A DNA stretch of 64,000 nucleotides from Dehalococcoidia bacterium (GTDB lineage Bacteria > Chloroflexota > Dehalococcoidia > GIF9 > UBA5629): assembly GCA_034436215.1 (NCBI GenBank), contig DAOTVU010000040.1:17780-81779 (forward strand), given 5' to 3'. A program made the translations under genes and the position numbers. The notes under the pieces are model-generated. The model saw only the letters and a program-made list of their open reading frames with translations. It did not search any database and was not told the origin of the DNA. Positions 39,101-47,594 of the stretch are shown here, piece by piece; the stretch's first letter is position 1; each line of letters starts with the position of its first letter.

Positions 39101-39490
39101 TAGTGGTACCCCACAACATCTGGCCAACGCTCTTGCTGCGACTTTATCTCCAAAGAGCCCAAGTAAATCCGGACGAGGTCCAATGAAAACCAATCCTTCC
39201 TGTTCGCAACGTCGTGCAAAATCTGCTTTCTCACTTAAAAACCCATAACCCGGGTGAATGGCATCGCATTCATTTGCTTTGGCTATATCGATAATCTGTT
39301 CCATATCGAGATAAGCAGTTACACCTTTACCGTTGAGTGCAAAGGCCTCATCGGAGGCCAGGACATGCAAAGATTTAGAATCATCGGCAGAATAAACTGC
39401 CACTGTCTTGATGCCGAGATCTGCAGCAGCGCGGGCAATGCGGATGGATATTTCACCTCTATTGGCTATAAGAATTCTGGATATTTTCAT
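36194..39490 (-). CDS. Single-polypeptide biotin-dependent acyl-CoA carboxylase (biotin carboxylase, BCCP and carboxyltransferase domains fused in that order)
   Basis: The N-terminus is a biotin carboxylase ATP-grasp domain (MKISRILIANRGEISIRIARAA...). A biotinyl domain sits in the middle with EAMKM. The C-terminal ~530 aa resemble the propionyl-CoA carboxylase beta / AccD-AccA carboxyltransferase. Confidence 0.85.
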   Translation of the reverse strand: MKISRILIANRGEISIRIARAAADLGIKTVAVYSADDSKSLHVLASDEAFALNGKGVTAYLDMEQIIDIAKANECDAIHPGYGFLSEKADFARRCEQEGLVFIGPRPDLLGLFGDKVAARALARCCGVPLLPGTQGATSLEEARNFFRSLGRNAAIMVKAVMGGGGRGIRPVYTESDLEQAFKLCQAEASTAFGSCDVYVEQFIPRSRHVEVQVIGDGKDVIHLGERECTLQRRNQKVIEVTPCPVLSPGLREKITSAALKIAKESHYLSLGTFEFLVESKASDDALYAFMEVNPRLQVEHTVTEEITDIDLVRAQIEIADGKSLADIGLNKNATTPRYYAIQMRINMETIDEKGNALPEGGVIQVYEVPSGPGIRVDGYGYSGYTVNPSFDSLLAKVVVTSHSPRFEDAVARAQRTLREFRISGVNTNIPFLINLLNRPEVIHDDVYTRFIDDNAASLARISEDEKLRFYKTNISGGIKQATQKTVETPQGMVPIISPMQGCVVSVEVKEGDEVAAGQKLVILEAMKMQHVISSDRSGYVRIICVSPDETIAKGDVLIFLEEAEVSVTAKTGGEAIDLDAIRSDLAAVIQRHAYTLDANRPEAVARRHKKNQRTARENIDDLCDPGSFIEYGALVVAAQRSRRTLEDLMKNTPADGLITGIGTVNRSLFSDDKARCMVLAYDYTVLAGTQGLFSHKKMDRMLELANRWRLPTFLFAEGGGGRPGDTDANAVAGLDLTTFNRFGALSGRVPLIGIVEGPCFAGNAALLGCCDVIIATKNSNIGMGGPAMIEGGGLGVVRPEEIGSIDVQTKNGVVDIAVADETEAVAVAKKYVSYFQGSVDEWEADDQRKLRWLIPENRLHIYDVRAVIETLADFGSVIELRRQFGPGMITALIRIEGIPFGLIANDPVYMSGAIEAEGADKAARFLQLCNVHRLPVVSLCDTPGFMVGPEIETRAQVRHVCRMFVIGAKMTVPYFTIVLRKGYGLGAMAMAAGGFHDSFFTTSWPTGEFGGMGLEGAVKHGFRKELEAVKDPEERDKLYKFLVDQAYTMGKAVNMASYMEIDSVIDPAETRRWILRGLKSISPEYKKESGGMYIDPW

Positions 39491-39673
39491 TTATACTCCC
39501 GTCCTATTATTAGCTTTTAAGACAGTAAATTTAAAACGTTATTTTCTAAAATATAAATTGCCAGTTAATTTCAGCGGCCTATCTAAAAAGCTGGAAAAAT
39601 AAATACTCATAAGTATGATATAGATTTTCCATCAAAGTATAGCAATTTTCACTATATTTATCAGCGTTTTAGT

Positions 39674-40831
39674 TCACGGCCGTAGTAAAAATCTGGAGAT
39701 CACCATGCGCTGCACTTCTGAGGTTCCTTCATATATGGTGGTTAGTTTGGCGTCACGAAAGTATCGCTGCATGGGCGAATCCATCATATAACCGTAGCCG
39801 CCCATAATTTGAATGCCCTCAATGCTTGCTTTCATAGCGAGCTCGGTTGCGGTCAGCTTAGCCATAGCTGCATAAAGCGAAAACGGCTCATTTCTATCAG
39901 CCAGCCACGCGGCTTTATAGGTTAACAGGCGAGCCGCTTCAAGTTGGGTGAATATATCAGCCAATTTATGGCTTATACCCTGATTATTCCCAATAGGAAT
40001 GCCAAATTGCCTCCGTTCCATTGCATAAGGTACAGCTTTATCCAGCACTGCCTGAGCAATACCAACACCTTGAGCGGCGATACCTATCCTTCCATAATCT
40101 AAAATTGAAAGGCAGATAGACATACCCTGCCCTTCTTCACCAAGCCGGTTTTCAACGGGCACGCTGCACTCGTTGAAAACCAGATTGCAGTTGGTTGCCG
40201 CACGCATACCAAGCTTGTCGTATTTTCTCCCTTTTGTGTAGCCGGGCATACCTGTCTCCACTATGAATGCGGTCATACCGCGTTTTCCCAGCACGGGTAT
40301 ATTAGCAAATACAATAGCAGTATCACAGACATCTCCATTAGTGATAAATACTTTAGTGCCATTTAACACGTAATAATTTCCCTGCCGGATGGCCGTAGAT
40401 TTTATTGAGGCGATATCGCTACCGGCTTCGGATTCTGTAATGCCAAAAGCACCAACCTTTTCTGCCTGTGCCAGCGCAGGCAGATACTTTTTTTTCTGAT
40501 CGTCTGTACCGTGCATATAAATAGGCTCAGTACATAAGGCAAGGTGGGCATTGAGAATATCCGAAGTGGAAGCGCAGGCAACAGCAAGTTCTTCCGCAGT
40601 TATAGCAAAAGATAAATGATCACCCCCAGCGCCACCGAATTCTTCGGGTATGCACAATCCCGTTAAACCAAGCTTTCCCATGGATTTAAAATTATCCATA
40701 GGAAATTCCTGTTTTCGGTCATATTTATCAGCAACCGGTGCTACAGATGACCTTGCAAATTCGCGAACCCTGGCACGCAGTAAGTTATGCTTCTCATCTA
40801 ATGTAAAATTCAATCGATACCTCCGCATCAA
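39674..40831 (-). CDS. Acyl-CoA dehydrogenase
   Basis: 385 aa ACAD with the conserved C-terminal catalytic region (YEGTSEVQRMVISR). Confidence 0.85.
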   Translation of the reverse strand: MMRRYRLNFTLDEKHNLLRARVREFARSSVAPVADKYDRKQEFPMDNFKSMGKLGLTGLCIPEEFGGAGGDHLSFAITAEELAVACASTSDILNAHLALCTEPIYMHGTDDQKKKYLPALAQAEKVGAFGITESEAGSDIASIKSTAIRQGNYYVLNGTKVFITNGDVCDTAIVFANIPVLGKRGMTAFIVETGMPGYTKGRKYDKLGMRAATNCNLVFNECSVPVENRLGEEGQGMSICLSILDYGRIGIAAQGVGIAQAVLDKAVPYAMERRQFGIPIGNNQGISHKLADIFTQLEAARLLTYKAAWLADRNEPFSLYAAMAKLTATELAMKASIEGIQIMGGYGYMMDSPMQRYFRDAKLTTIYEGTSEVQRMVISRFLLRP

Positions 40832-40990
40832 AAATTTATAGGTTTTATTTTAACCCCATTTATCAGTTGATGCATTATTCGTCAAGAATTAAATATTTAA
40901 AAAAATGTACCTTATTGAAAATTGACTTTAGTGTATAAGGTACATATGCTAGTAAAATGTAAGATATTCGTGTATACTTTACCATGTTAT

Positions 40991-41014
40991 TTTATCTGCT
41001 TGTTTATCTGCTTG
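40991..41014. repeat. Tandem direct repeat, 2 x 12 bp (TTTATCTGCTTG), in the divergent promoter region
   Basis: Read directly from the sequence at 40991-41002 and 41003-41014. Confidence 0.85.
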
Positions 41015-41130
41015 CTTTAAGGGGGTGGGAACCTTGAAAATTTATACGCTGATCTAATATTAACAAAACTCCATTTTCTTCAATCAGCATTATTATCATG
41101 GGTATCAAGTACGGGAGGTAGAATTTAGAG

Positions 41131-42906
41131 GTGAACGGATCAAAGATAACTATTATTTTACTGATCATTGCTCTATGTATGATTCTTGCAGGCGATCTTC
41201 TGGCGTTTTTTGTACAAACAGATTTTGGCAACATAAAAGTCAAAGATGTTCGATTTGCCGGAACTAACGGCATCATGATGAGTGGTCTGCTCTATATTCC
41301 CAAAAACGCAACTGCTAAAACTCCGGCTCCCGGTATTCTGGCTGTTCACGGCTATATCAATTCCCGCGAGACTCAGGATGGATTTGCTATAGAATTCGCC
41401 AGACGTGGATATGTGGTTTTAGCCTTGGATGAAACCGGTCACGGCTATTCCGATCCGCCAGCTTTTGCTAATGGTTTCGGCGGAATAGACGGATTAAGAT
41501 ATCTTCGTACGCTCGACTTTGTGGATGGTAAGAACATAGGTATGGAAGGACACTCAATGGGGGGCTGGGCGATACTGGTAGCGGCAGCGGTGATACCGGA
41601 TGGCTACAAATCATTTGTATTTGAAGGATCATCAACCGAAACACTGGGTACACCCAAAGGTTCAGCAACCTTTCCTCGAAATGTAGCTTTGGTATTTTCT
41701 CAGTGGGACGAGTTTGCCGGGTTTATGTGGGGCGCTCCCATGGCACCAATGATTGTTAAGACAGACAAGCTGAAGGCCCTTTTTGGTACAACCGAAGACG
41801 TAGTAGTAGGTAAGCTTTACGGTTCCATATCCGATGGAACTGCCCGTAAATTGGTCATGCCCAGGAATACCCATCCTTGGGATCACATGTCCACAGAATG
41901 CATCGGTGCCGCGGTGGCATGGTTTCAACAGACCCTAGATGGGGGCAACAAGTTGCCACCGGAAAATCAGATATGGATCTGGAAGGAGATCGGCAATTTA
42001 ATTGCTCTGGCTGGTATGATTTTACTGTTTTTCCCCGTAGGGGCACTGCTATTGAAAACAGCATTCTTTAAAGAGCTGGCCGGAACCCCTGCCGAACCCA
42101 AACCACTAAAAGGAGCGGGATGGTGGATAGGAGCTATTATATTTGCTATACTGACCGGCGCACCGTTCCTTAGTTATAAAGAATTCCCCGTCCAGCTAAA
42201 AATACCGGCTTCGGCTTTTCTTTCACAGAATATCACCACACAAATGCTCTCATATGCCCTGATGAGTGGCATTGTGGCAGCTATCTTCTTCTTGATTTTC
42301 CATTTTGCCATTAACCGCAAAGTCAATGCCACCGGCGACAATTATGGTCTTACCTGGTCCACCAAATTAGACTGGATTAAGATAGCTAAATCCTTCCTGC
42401 TGGCCTTGCTGGTAGCACTTGCAGGATATGTGACACTTCTTATTTCAAGCTGGCTATTTACAGTCGATTACAGATTCTGGATATTCGCAGTGAAGCCCAT
42501 GTCGAATTTACAGTTCATGATATTCCTGTGCTATCTCATTTTCTTCATCCTTGCCTGGATAGGAATAGCCACAGTTTTACATGGCGAATTAAGGCCATTG
42601 ATTAAAGGTAAAGAATTAAGCATGGGTGCCGAAATGCTGGTAAACATGGCTTTGCTTGTCGCAGGATTTCTCGGATTCTTCCTTTTCATGTATGTACCAC
42701 TCTTCACCACAGGTATACTGGGTAATCCATATGAGCCGTTGTGGGCTATAATTGGTATCCAGTATCTGTATTCAATGCCTATCAGCGCATTTATACTTAC
42801 TTACTTCTACAGGAAAACGGGACATATCTATGTCGGTGTATTTTTGGTAGGTCTTTTCCTCACATGGCAGATAGTGGCTTCACAGGCGACACACTTTGGT
42901 TTCTAA
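41131..42906 (+). CDS. Alpha/beta-hydrolase (dienelactone-hydrolase/S9-like, GHSMGG nucleophile elbow) fused to a C-terminal ~8-TM membrane domain
   Basis: GTG start, with a signal/TM at the N-terminus. GHSMGGW lies at aa ~140. The C-terminal ~300 aa consist of hydrophobic helices. Confidence 0.6.
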   Translation: MNGSKITIILLIIALCMILAGDLLAFFVQTDFGNIKVKDVRFAGTNGIMMSGLLYIPKNATAKTPAPGILAVHGYINSRETQDGFAIEFARRGYVVLALDETGHGYSDPPAFANGFGGIDGLRYLRTLDFVDGKNIGMEGHSMGGWAILVAAAVIPDGYKSFVFEGSSTETLGTPKGSATFPRNVALVFSQWDEFAGFMWGAPMAPMIVKTDKLKALFGTTEDVVVGKLYGSISDGTARKLVMPRNTHPWDHMSTECIGAAVAWFQQTLDGGNKLPPENQIWIWKEIGNLIALAGMILLFFPVGALLLKTAFFKELAGTPAEPKPLKGAGWWIGAIIFAILTGAPFLSYKEFPVQLKIPASAFLSQNITTQMLSYALMSGIVAAIFFLIFHFAINRKVNATGDNYGLTWSTKLDWIKIAKSFLLALLVALAGYVTLLISSWLFTVDYRFWIFAVKPMSNLQFMIFLCYLIFFILAWIGIATVLHGELRPLIKGKELSMGAEMLVNMALLVAGFLGFFLFMYVPLFTTGILGNPYEPLWAIIGIQYLYSMPISAFILTYFYRKTGHIYVGVFLVGLFLTWQIVASQATHFGF

Positions 42907-42998
42907 CAGCTGGCTTATTGAATAATTGCTTGATATGATGGTTCGTGCTGCGTTAACGCAGCACGAACCATTTGTTCATGTCTTTCACTCAATATATA

Positions 42999-43502
42999 CT
43001 ATGCCTTAATCTCCAGACCTTCTAATATGAGCTCGCCGGCTATCCTTGCCGCTTTGCCTGCAGGCAAACGGCATTTTTTAGAAGCATCGGCCCTGATAAA
43101 CTCTTTCTGATCGGTCTGATCTGCCAGATTAAAACTTTTTCCGAAAATTTTGTGCTGAACATCCCTGCAGTTACACCCACCCATTTCCTGCTCGAAGAGT
43201 CTGCACAGTTTGCGGGCGGCTCCTGTTGTGCGTTGAACAGCTACGAAATCTTCTGCTCTTTCTCTGCCAAAGGCGAGACCAAGCGCCATAATAGCTCCTA
43301 TTACAGCACCGCATGTCTCCCCTCGCAGGGCTATGCCCGGCATAGCCGTAGCTGCCTTCAGTACTTCCCTGTTTCCAAGGTGAAATTCTTCCTGCAAAGC
43401 AAGCAATGTGCCCTGGGCACAGCTTCCAAATAACTCCTCATAATCGCCCGCTTTTTGTTCCAATCGACTGAGAATTTCCTCTTTGTTACGGTCGAGATAC
43501 AT
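42999..43502 (-). CDS. C_GCAxxG_C_C family protein (putative redox-active Cys protein)
   Basis: CAQGTLLALQ... and GETCGAVIGAIMALGL, the family signature. Confidence 0.55.
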   Translation of the reverse strand: MYLDRNKEEILSRLEQKAGDYEELFGSCAQGTLLALQEEFHLGNREVLKAATAMPGIALRGETCGAVIGAIMALGLAFGRERAEDFVAVQRTTGAARKLCRLFEQEMGGCNCRDVQHKIFGKSFNLADQTDQKEFIRADASKKCRLPAGKAARIAGELILEGLEIKA

Positions 43503-43531
43503 TTATTAAACCTCCATTCTAACAAAATCTC

Positions 43532-44176
43532 TTATGGACGTACTGGATTATGCTGCGGGAAAATATGAATACCCCAATATCCTAAGTAAGCGAATAGTAT
43601 ATGTTTGGGCAACCTGCCCAAAATACCAACCAGAATGAATTTCCACAGAGGATACTTTAGCACACCCGCTGCTATACCAGCCAGATCAAACAACGGGTTA
43701 GGAATGAATGCGAGAACGAATATAGTTAAACTCCCCCATTTCGACATCCAGCCGGCCACACGCTCATAGTTTTTTGTATCCCGTACGGCTATACGTCCGC
43801 TGTATCCCAGCAAATATCCGGTAGTTTCGCCTAACGATGCACCAAGAGCAGAAGCAATCCCCACCCACAACGGGTCCAGAGAGTTAAGTGATACAGCTCC
43901 AATAAGTGAAGTTAATGCCAGGCCGGGAATCGGTATAATCAAAGTAGCCGAGGCTGCTAACGATATAATAAAGATCGCTGTATATTTCAGACCCCAGTAC
44001 CTGGCCATGAGCAGAGCAAAATTAGCGATAGCTTCCCGCTGCCAGAACAGGAAAACGACGAGCAAAATGACAAAAACCAGCGATAGAAGCTGAAATAGAT
44101 GCTCCCTATTCCAGAAATGCTTTCTGTTAGTGTTTTTCGGATCGGTAATTTGTTCTGCCAATATTATCCCTTTCAA
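43532..44176 (-). CDS. DedA/TVP38 (VTT-domain) family membrane protein
   Basis: IIPIPG and FIPNPLFDLAGIAAG motifs. 5-6 TM helices. Confidence 0.6.
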   Translation of the reverse strand: MKGIILAEQITDPKNTNRKHFWNREHLFQLLSLVFVILLVVFLFWQREAIANFALLMARYWGLKYTAIFIISLAASATLIIPIPGLALTSLIGAVSLNSLDPLWVGIASALGASLGETTGYLLGYSGRIAVRDTKNYERVAGWMSKWGSLTIFVLAFIPNPLFDLAGIAAGVLKYPLWKFILVGILGRLPKHILFAYLGYWGIHIFPQHNPVRP

Positions 44177-44181
44177 TAATA

Positions 44182-44919
44182 CTATATTTGTGGCAATATA
44201 CTTGCATATTTTTCCGTTCTACTCAGTCCGGCTTCTGACTGCATCAACCAGGTCATCCAGCATAGTTCGATAGCACGATATCCGGTACAAGGAGCGAGTT
44301 TTTCTATTAACAGAATGAAGTCTATATCTGATTTTGGGTGAGGTATATTTACCCTATCCAATATCTGAAAAAGAACTTTTTTTACTATTTTATCGGGCAT
44401 CACCGTATCCATACCACCCATCATTCTCAGATACTGATAAGTATTAATGCCCACCCCTTTGATTTTGCCGATAGGGTCAAGCTGCCATCCCTTTAAATCT
44501 GCATGCTTTGCCCAGTGTATCAAAGCTTCTCTATCGCTGATTTTATACTTATTTTTGAGGGTTGATAAATAGGTAGCTACCTCTCTGGCGACTTGCCATG
44601 ATCGTGCATTTTTCCATATAGGGATTAATTTATCGCTATCGGCATCGGCAAGCTCCTCCATAGTTGTAATAATTCCCGGTTCAACTAAATTGATGCGAAA
44701 AAGTTCGACTTTGGGAACTACCGATTGAAAATAATTCAGTCCGATGGAATCAAAGGCGGCATCAACCACCATTAGGACTGCATTGCTGTGCCATCTGGCT
44801 ACAGCCAGACAACGATTGCAGTGCTCATGGACCATAGGCACCTGCTGCATATATTCTCTCACGATCAATTTTAGCAGGTTGATATCGTATTTCGTCTTCA
44901 TGCAAGTACAAATAATCAT
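44182..44919 (-). CDS. Helix-hairpin-helix protein, possible HhH-GPD-like DNA glycosylase; function uncertain
   Basis: HhH-like LDPIGKIKGVGINTYQYLRMMGG; the rest is unrecognised. Confidence 0.3.
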   Translation of the reverse strand: MIICTCMKTKYDINLLKLIVREYMQQVPMVHEHCNRCLAVARWHSNAVLMVVDAAFDSIGLNYFQSVVPKVELFRINLVEPGIITTMEELADADSDKLIPIWKNARSWQVAREVATYLSTLKNKYKISDREALIHWAKHADLKGWQLDPIGKIKGVGINTYQYLRMMGGMDTVMPDKIVKKVLFQILDRVNIPHPKSDIDFILLIEKLAPCTGYRAIELCWMTWLMQSEAGLSRTEKYASILPQI

Positions 44920-44923
44920 TAAA

Positions 44924-45463
44924 TCAAAATTTATACCAGCCCAGTACGATTATAATTGTCATCGCCACTGCGGATATAATTGCACCAATCCATCCCAGAA
45001 GTGAAAGAGCTGTAACGATGATACCGGCCATTAAGACTCCACAGAATACCGATAGCAGTGATGGTAAAAATTTTAATCCCACAATGAAAGCAAGGATCGA
45101 ACCAGTCCATGCACCAGTAAAAGGTAAAGGAATACCCACGAAAAGTGCAAGACCCAGCCATTCGTATCTTTGTATTTTTTTCTCATGTTTTCTGGTACGC
45201 ACAAATACCCAGTTTATCAACTTTTCTCCAGGTTTTACCAGACTTAAAAGTCTCGCCAGTGAATCAAAAAAGAGCAATAAAATGGGCACGGGCAACATGT
45301 TGCCAACGATGGAAACGCACAAAGCCTTATACCATGGCATGGCAAATGTATACATTCCAACAGGAATAGCCACTCGAAGCTCCGCTATCGGCAAAGCCGA
45401 GATAAGCAACACTATCAGCTCAGGAAGTAATTGAAGATTGAGAAACCATTCAAGCGCATTCAT
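44924..45463 (-). CDS. Small membrane protein, putative small multidrug export protein family (COG2426/PF06695-like)
   Basis: LISALPIAELRVAIPVG N-terminal signature. 4 TM helices. Confidence 0.45.
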   Translation of the reverse strand: MNALEWFLNLQLLPELIVLLISALPIAELRVAIPVGMYTFAMPWYKALCVSIVGNMLPVPILLLFFDSLARLLSLVKPGEKLINWVFVRTRKHEKKIQRYEWLGLALFVGIPLPFTGAWTGSILAFIVGLKFLPSLLSVFCGVLMAGIIVTALSLLGWIGAIISAVAMTIIIVLGWYKF

Positions 45464-45608
45464 TAAAGGTCGGATTGCCTTTTATTAATGCATCATTATA
45501 GCATCAAATTAATAAGCATTTGATGATTTACAGGCGCAATTGTTGCATAAATATCGGATTATGTTTTATGCTTAATTGATAATAAACTAAAATCAGGTGA
45601 GGGGAAAT

Positions 45609-46361
45609 ATGTCCGGTCATTCTAAGTGGGCACAAATAAAGAGGCAAAAAGGTGTTGCCGATTCCCGGCGTGGCGCAATTTTTACTAAACTGACGCGTGA
45701 GATAATTATAGCAACAAGACAAGGGGGGCCGAATCCAGAGGCTAACTTTCGATTGCGGCTTGCTATTCAGAGGGCACGCGACAATAACATGCCCAAGGAA
45801 AATATCGAAAATGCTATAAAAAAGGGGAGCGGCGCAGTAGAAGGAACCACCTTCACCGAGATGATCCTGGAAGGATATGGCCCTGCCGGAGTGGCTATTT
45901 TACTTGAGGTTATGACAGATAACCGTAATCGTACAGTATCTGAGATCAGAAGCACCTTTCAGAAATATAACGGCAATATGGCAGAGGCTGGCAGCGTTTC
46001 CTGGCTATTTGAAAATACGGGAGTGATTACTATTGATACGAATGGAATTGATCCAGATGAACTGTCATTATATGCGCTGGATGCGGGTGCAAAGGATGTT
46101 AAGGAAGACAAAGGCCTGCTCGAAATTTATACCGACCCGCACGATTTTGAAGCGGTTAAAATGGCTATTGAAAAGAGGAAAAAGCCTTTATCTGCAGAAG
46201 TGACTATGGTACCTAAAAGCACAGTTACACTGTCTGAGAAAGAGGCTTTACAGACTATAAAGCTGCTAGAAAAGCTGGAAGAGCTGGACGACGTCCAGAG
46301 GGTTTTTTCCAATCTGGAATACAGTGACGCCTTGATTGAAAAACTGAAAGCTGAAGCCTGA
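45609..46361 (+). CDS. yebC: YebC/PmpR family DNA-binding transcriptional regulator
   Basis: MSGHSKWAQIKRQKG N-terminus (ORF-track Met 45597 is upstream of the RBS GAGGGG). Full-length family member. Confidence 0.9.
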   Translation: MSGHSKWAQIKRQKGVADSRRGAIFTKLTREIIIATRQGGPNPEANFRLRLAIQRARDNNMPKENIENAIKKGSGAVEGTTFTEMILEGYGPAGVAILLEVMTDNRNRTVSEIRSTFQKYNGNMAEAGSVSWLFENTGVITIDTNGIDPDELSLYALDAGAKDVKEDKGLLEIYTDPHDFEAVKMAIEKRKKPLSAEVTMVPKSTVTLSEKEALQTIKLLEKLEELDDVQRVFSNLEYSDALIEKLKAEA

Positions 46362-46399
46362 CGTATGACCGCCATCGTGCATGAGTCAAAGGCATTACA

Positions 46400-46900
46400 A
46401 TGCGTGTATTAGGTGTTGATCCCGGCACATTATACATGGGTTATGGCATTGTAGAAGAAACTGGTGGAAATAGAATTTGCATGGTAAATTGCGGCGTGAT
46501 TTCGGCTCCACAGAAAATGTCGATCGAATTAAGGCTTTGCCGTATGTATGATGCTCTGGTAAAGTTGATCACAGAATTTAAACCTGATGCGGTTGCAATA
46601 GAAGAACCATTTGTGGCTAATAATGCACGCTCTGCTCTTGCTATTGGAAGAGCTCAGGCTGTGGCTATTTTAGCCGCAGTTCAGGCTGGATTGCACGTTG
46701 AGCGTTATATGCCTACCGAAGTTAAACAGATGGTCACCAGCTATGGGCGAAGCAGCAAGGAACAGGTACAGGAAGTAGTCAAACTTCAATTGGGTATTAC
46801 TGGGCTTCCAGAGGCTACAGATGCCGCCGATGCATTGGCGGTAGCCATCTGTCATCTTAATCAAAAACATATGCAGGAAATTATTAAAAGGGGTTACTGA
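46400..46900 (+). CDS. ruvC: Holliday junction resolvase RuvC
   Basis: MRVLGVDPGT N-terminus and catalytic acidic residues. Confidence 0.9.
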   Translation: MRVLGVDPGTLYMGYGIVEETGGNRICMVNCGVISAPQKMSIELRLCRMYDALVKLITEFKPDAVAIEEPFVANNARSALAIGRAQAVAILAAVQAGLHVERYMPTEVKQMVTSYGRSSKEQVQEVVKLQLGITGLPEATDAADALAVAICHLNQKHMQEIIKRGY

Positions 46901-46905
46901 TTTAG

Positions 46906-47487
46906 ATGATCGTAGCAATTGAAGGAACAGTAATAAACAAAGGTAGCAATAGTGTAACTATTAAAACAGGGCCCTTAAGCGTTCTACTTTATGTTCCCGG
47001 TTCTACGATCGCAAAGCTGGGAAATATCGGAAGTAATGTGTCACTGTATACCCATTTATACGTACGGGAAGATATGCTCGCTTTATACGGTTTTTCAACA
47101 TGGCAGGAACTAAATATTTTTGAGCAATTAATCACTGTTACCGGCATAGGACCAAAGGTAGCCCTAGCTTTACTTACAGCGCTTAACACAGAACAAATCA
47201 TAACTGCCATATTAAGTGGCAATACGGACCTTCTCAGCCAGGTGCCAGGCATCGGCAAAAAGACAGCCGGCCGCATCATACTCGATCTTAAAGGCAAACT
47301 GGAAAAAGGATGGGAAGGTGAAGTATCATCTTCAATTTCTTCGCTGGATAATGATGCCCTGGCCGCATTAACCGGTCTTGGCTATTCTGTAAGGGAAGCT
47401 ACTCAGGCATTAAGCAATATACCCGTTACGGAAGGGATGACGGTTGAGGATAAAATCAGACTGGCCCTGCAGCGTCTCGCGAGGTAG
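46906..47487 (+). CDS. ruvA: Holliday junction branch-migration protein RuvA
   Basis: OB-fold N-terminus MIVAIEGTV, two HhH motifs (ITVTGIGPKVALALL; VPGIGKKTAGRIILDL) and the C-terminal domain III. Confidence 0.9.
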   Translation: MIVAIEGTVINKGSNSVTIKTGPLSVLLYVPGSTIAKLGNIGSNVSLYTHLYVREDMLALYGFSTWQELNIFEQLITVTGIGPKVALALLTALNTEQIITAILSGNTDLLSQVPGIGKKTAGRIILDLKGKLEKGWEGEVSSSISSLDNDALAALTGLGYSVREATQALSNIPVTEGMTVEDKIRLALQRLAR

Positions 47488-47594
47488 CTATAATTATCTA
47501 ATTTTCTTAATCAAATCAGAACCTATAAATACATTTAAACCATACATTTTTCGATATTTGGTTTTTGGTAAATGCGCTTTATAATTAAAATACG

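Noticed and set aside
47488-47594. Looked for a LexA (Cheo-box, CGAACRNRYGTTYC) operator upstream of uvrB
   Set aside because: Only a poor partial match (TTCGATATTTGG) is present, so it is not reportable. The lineage may use a different SOS box.
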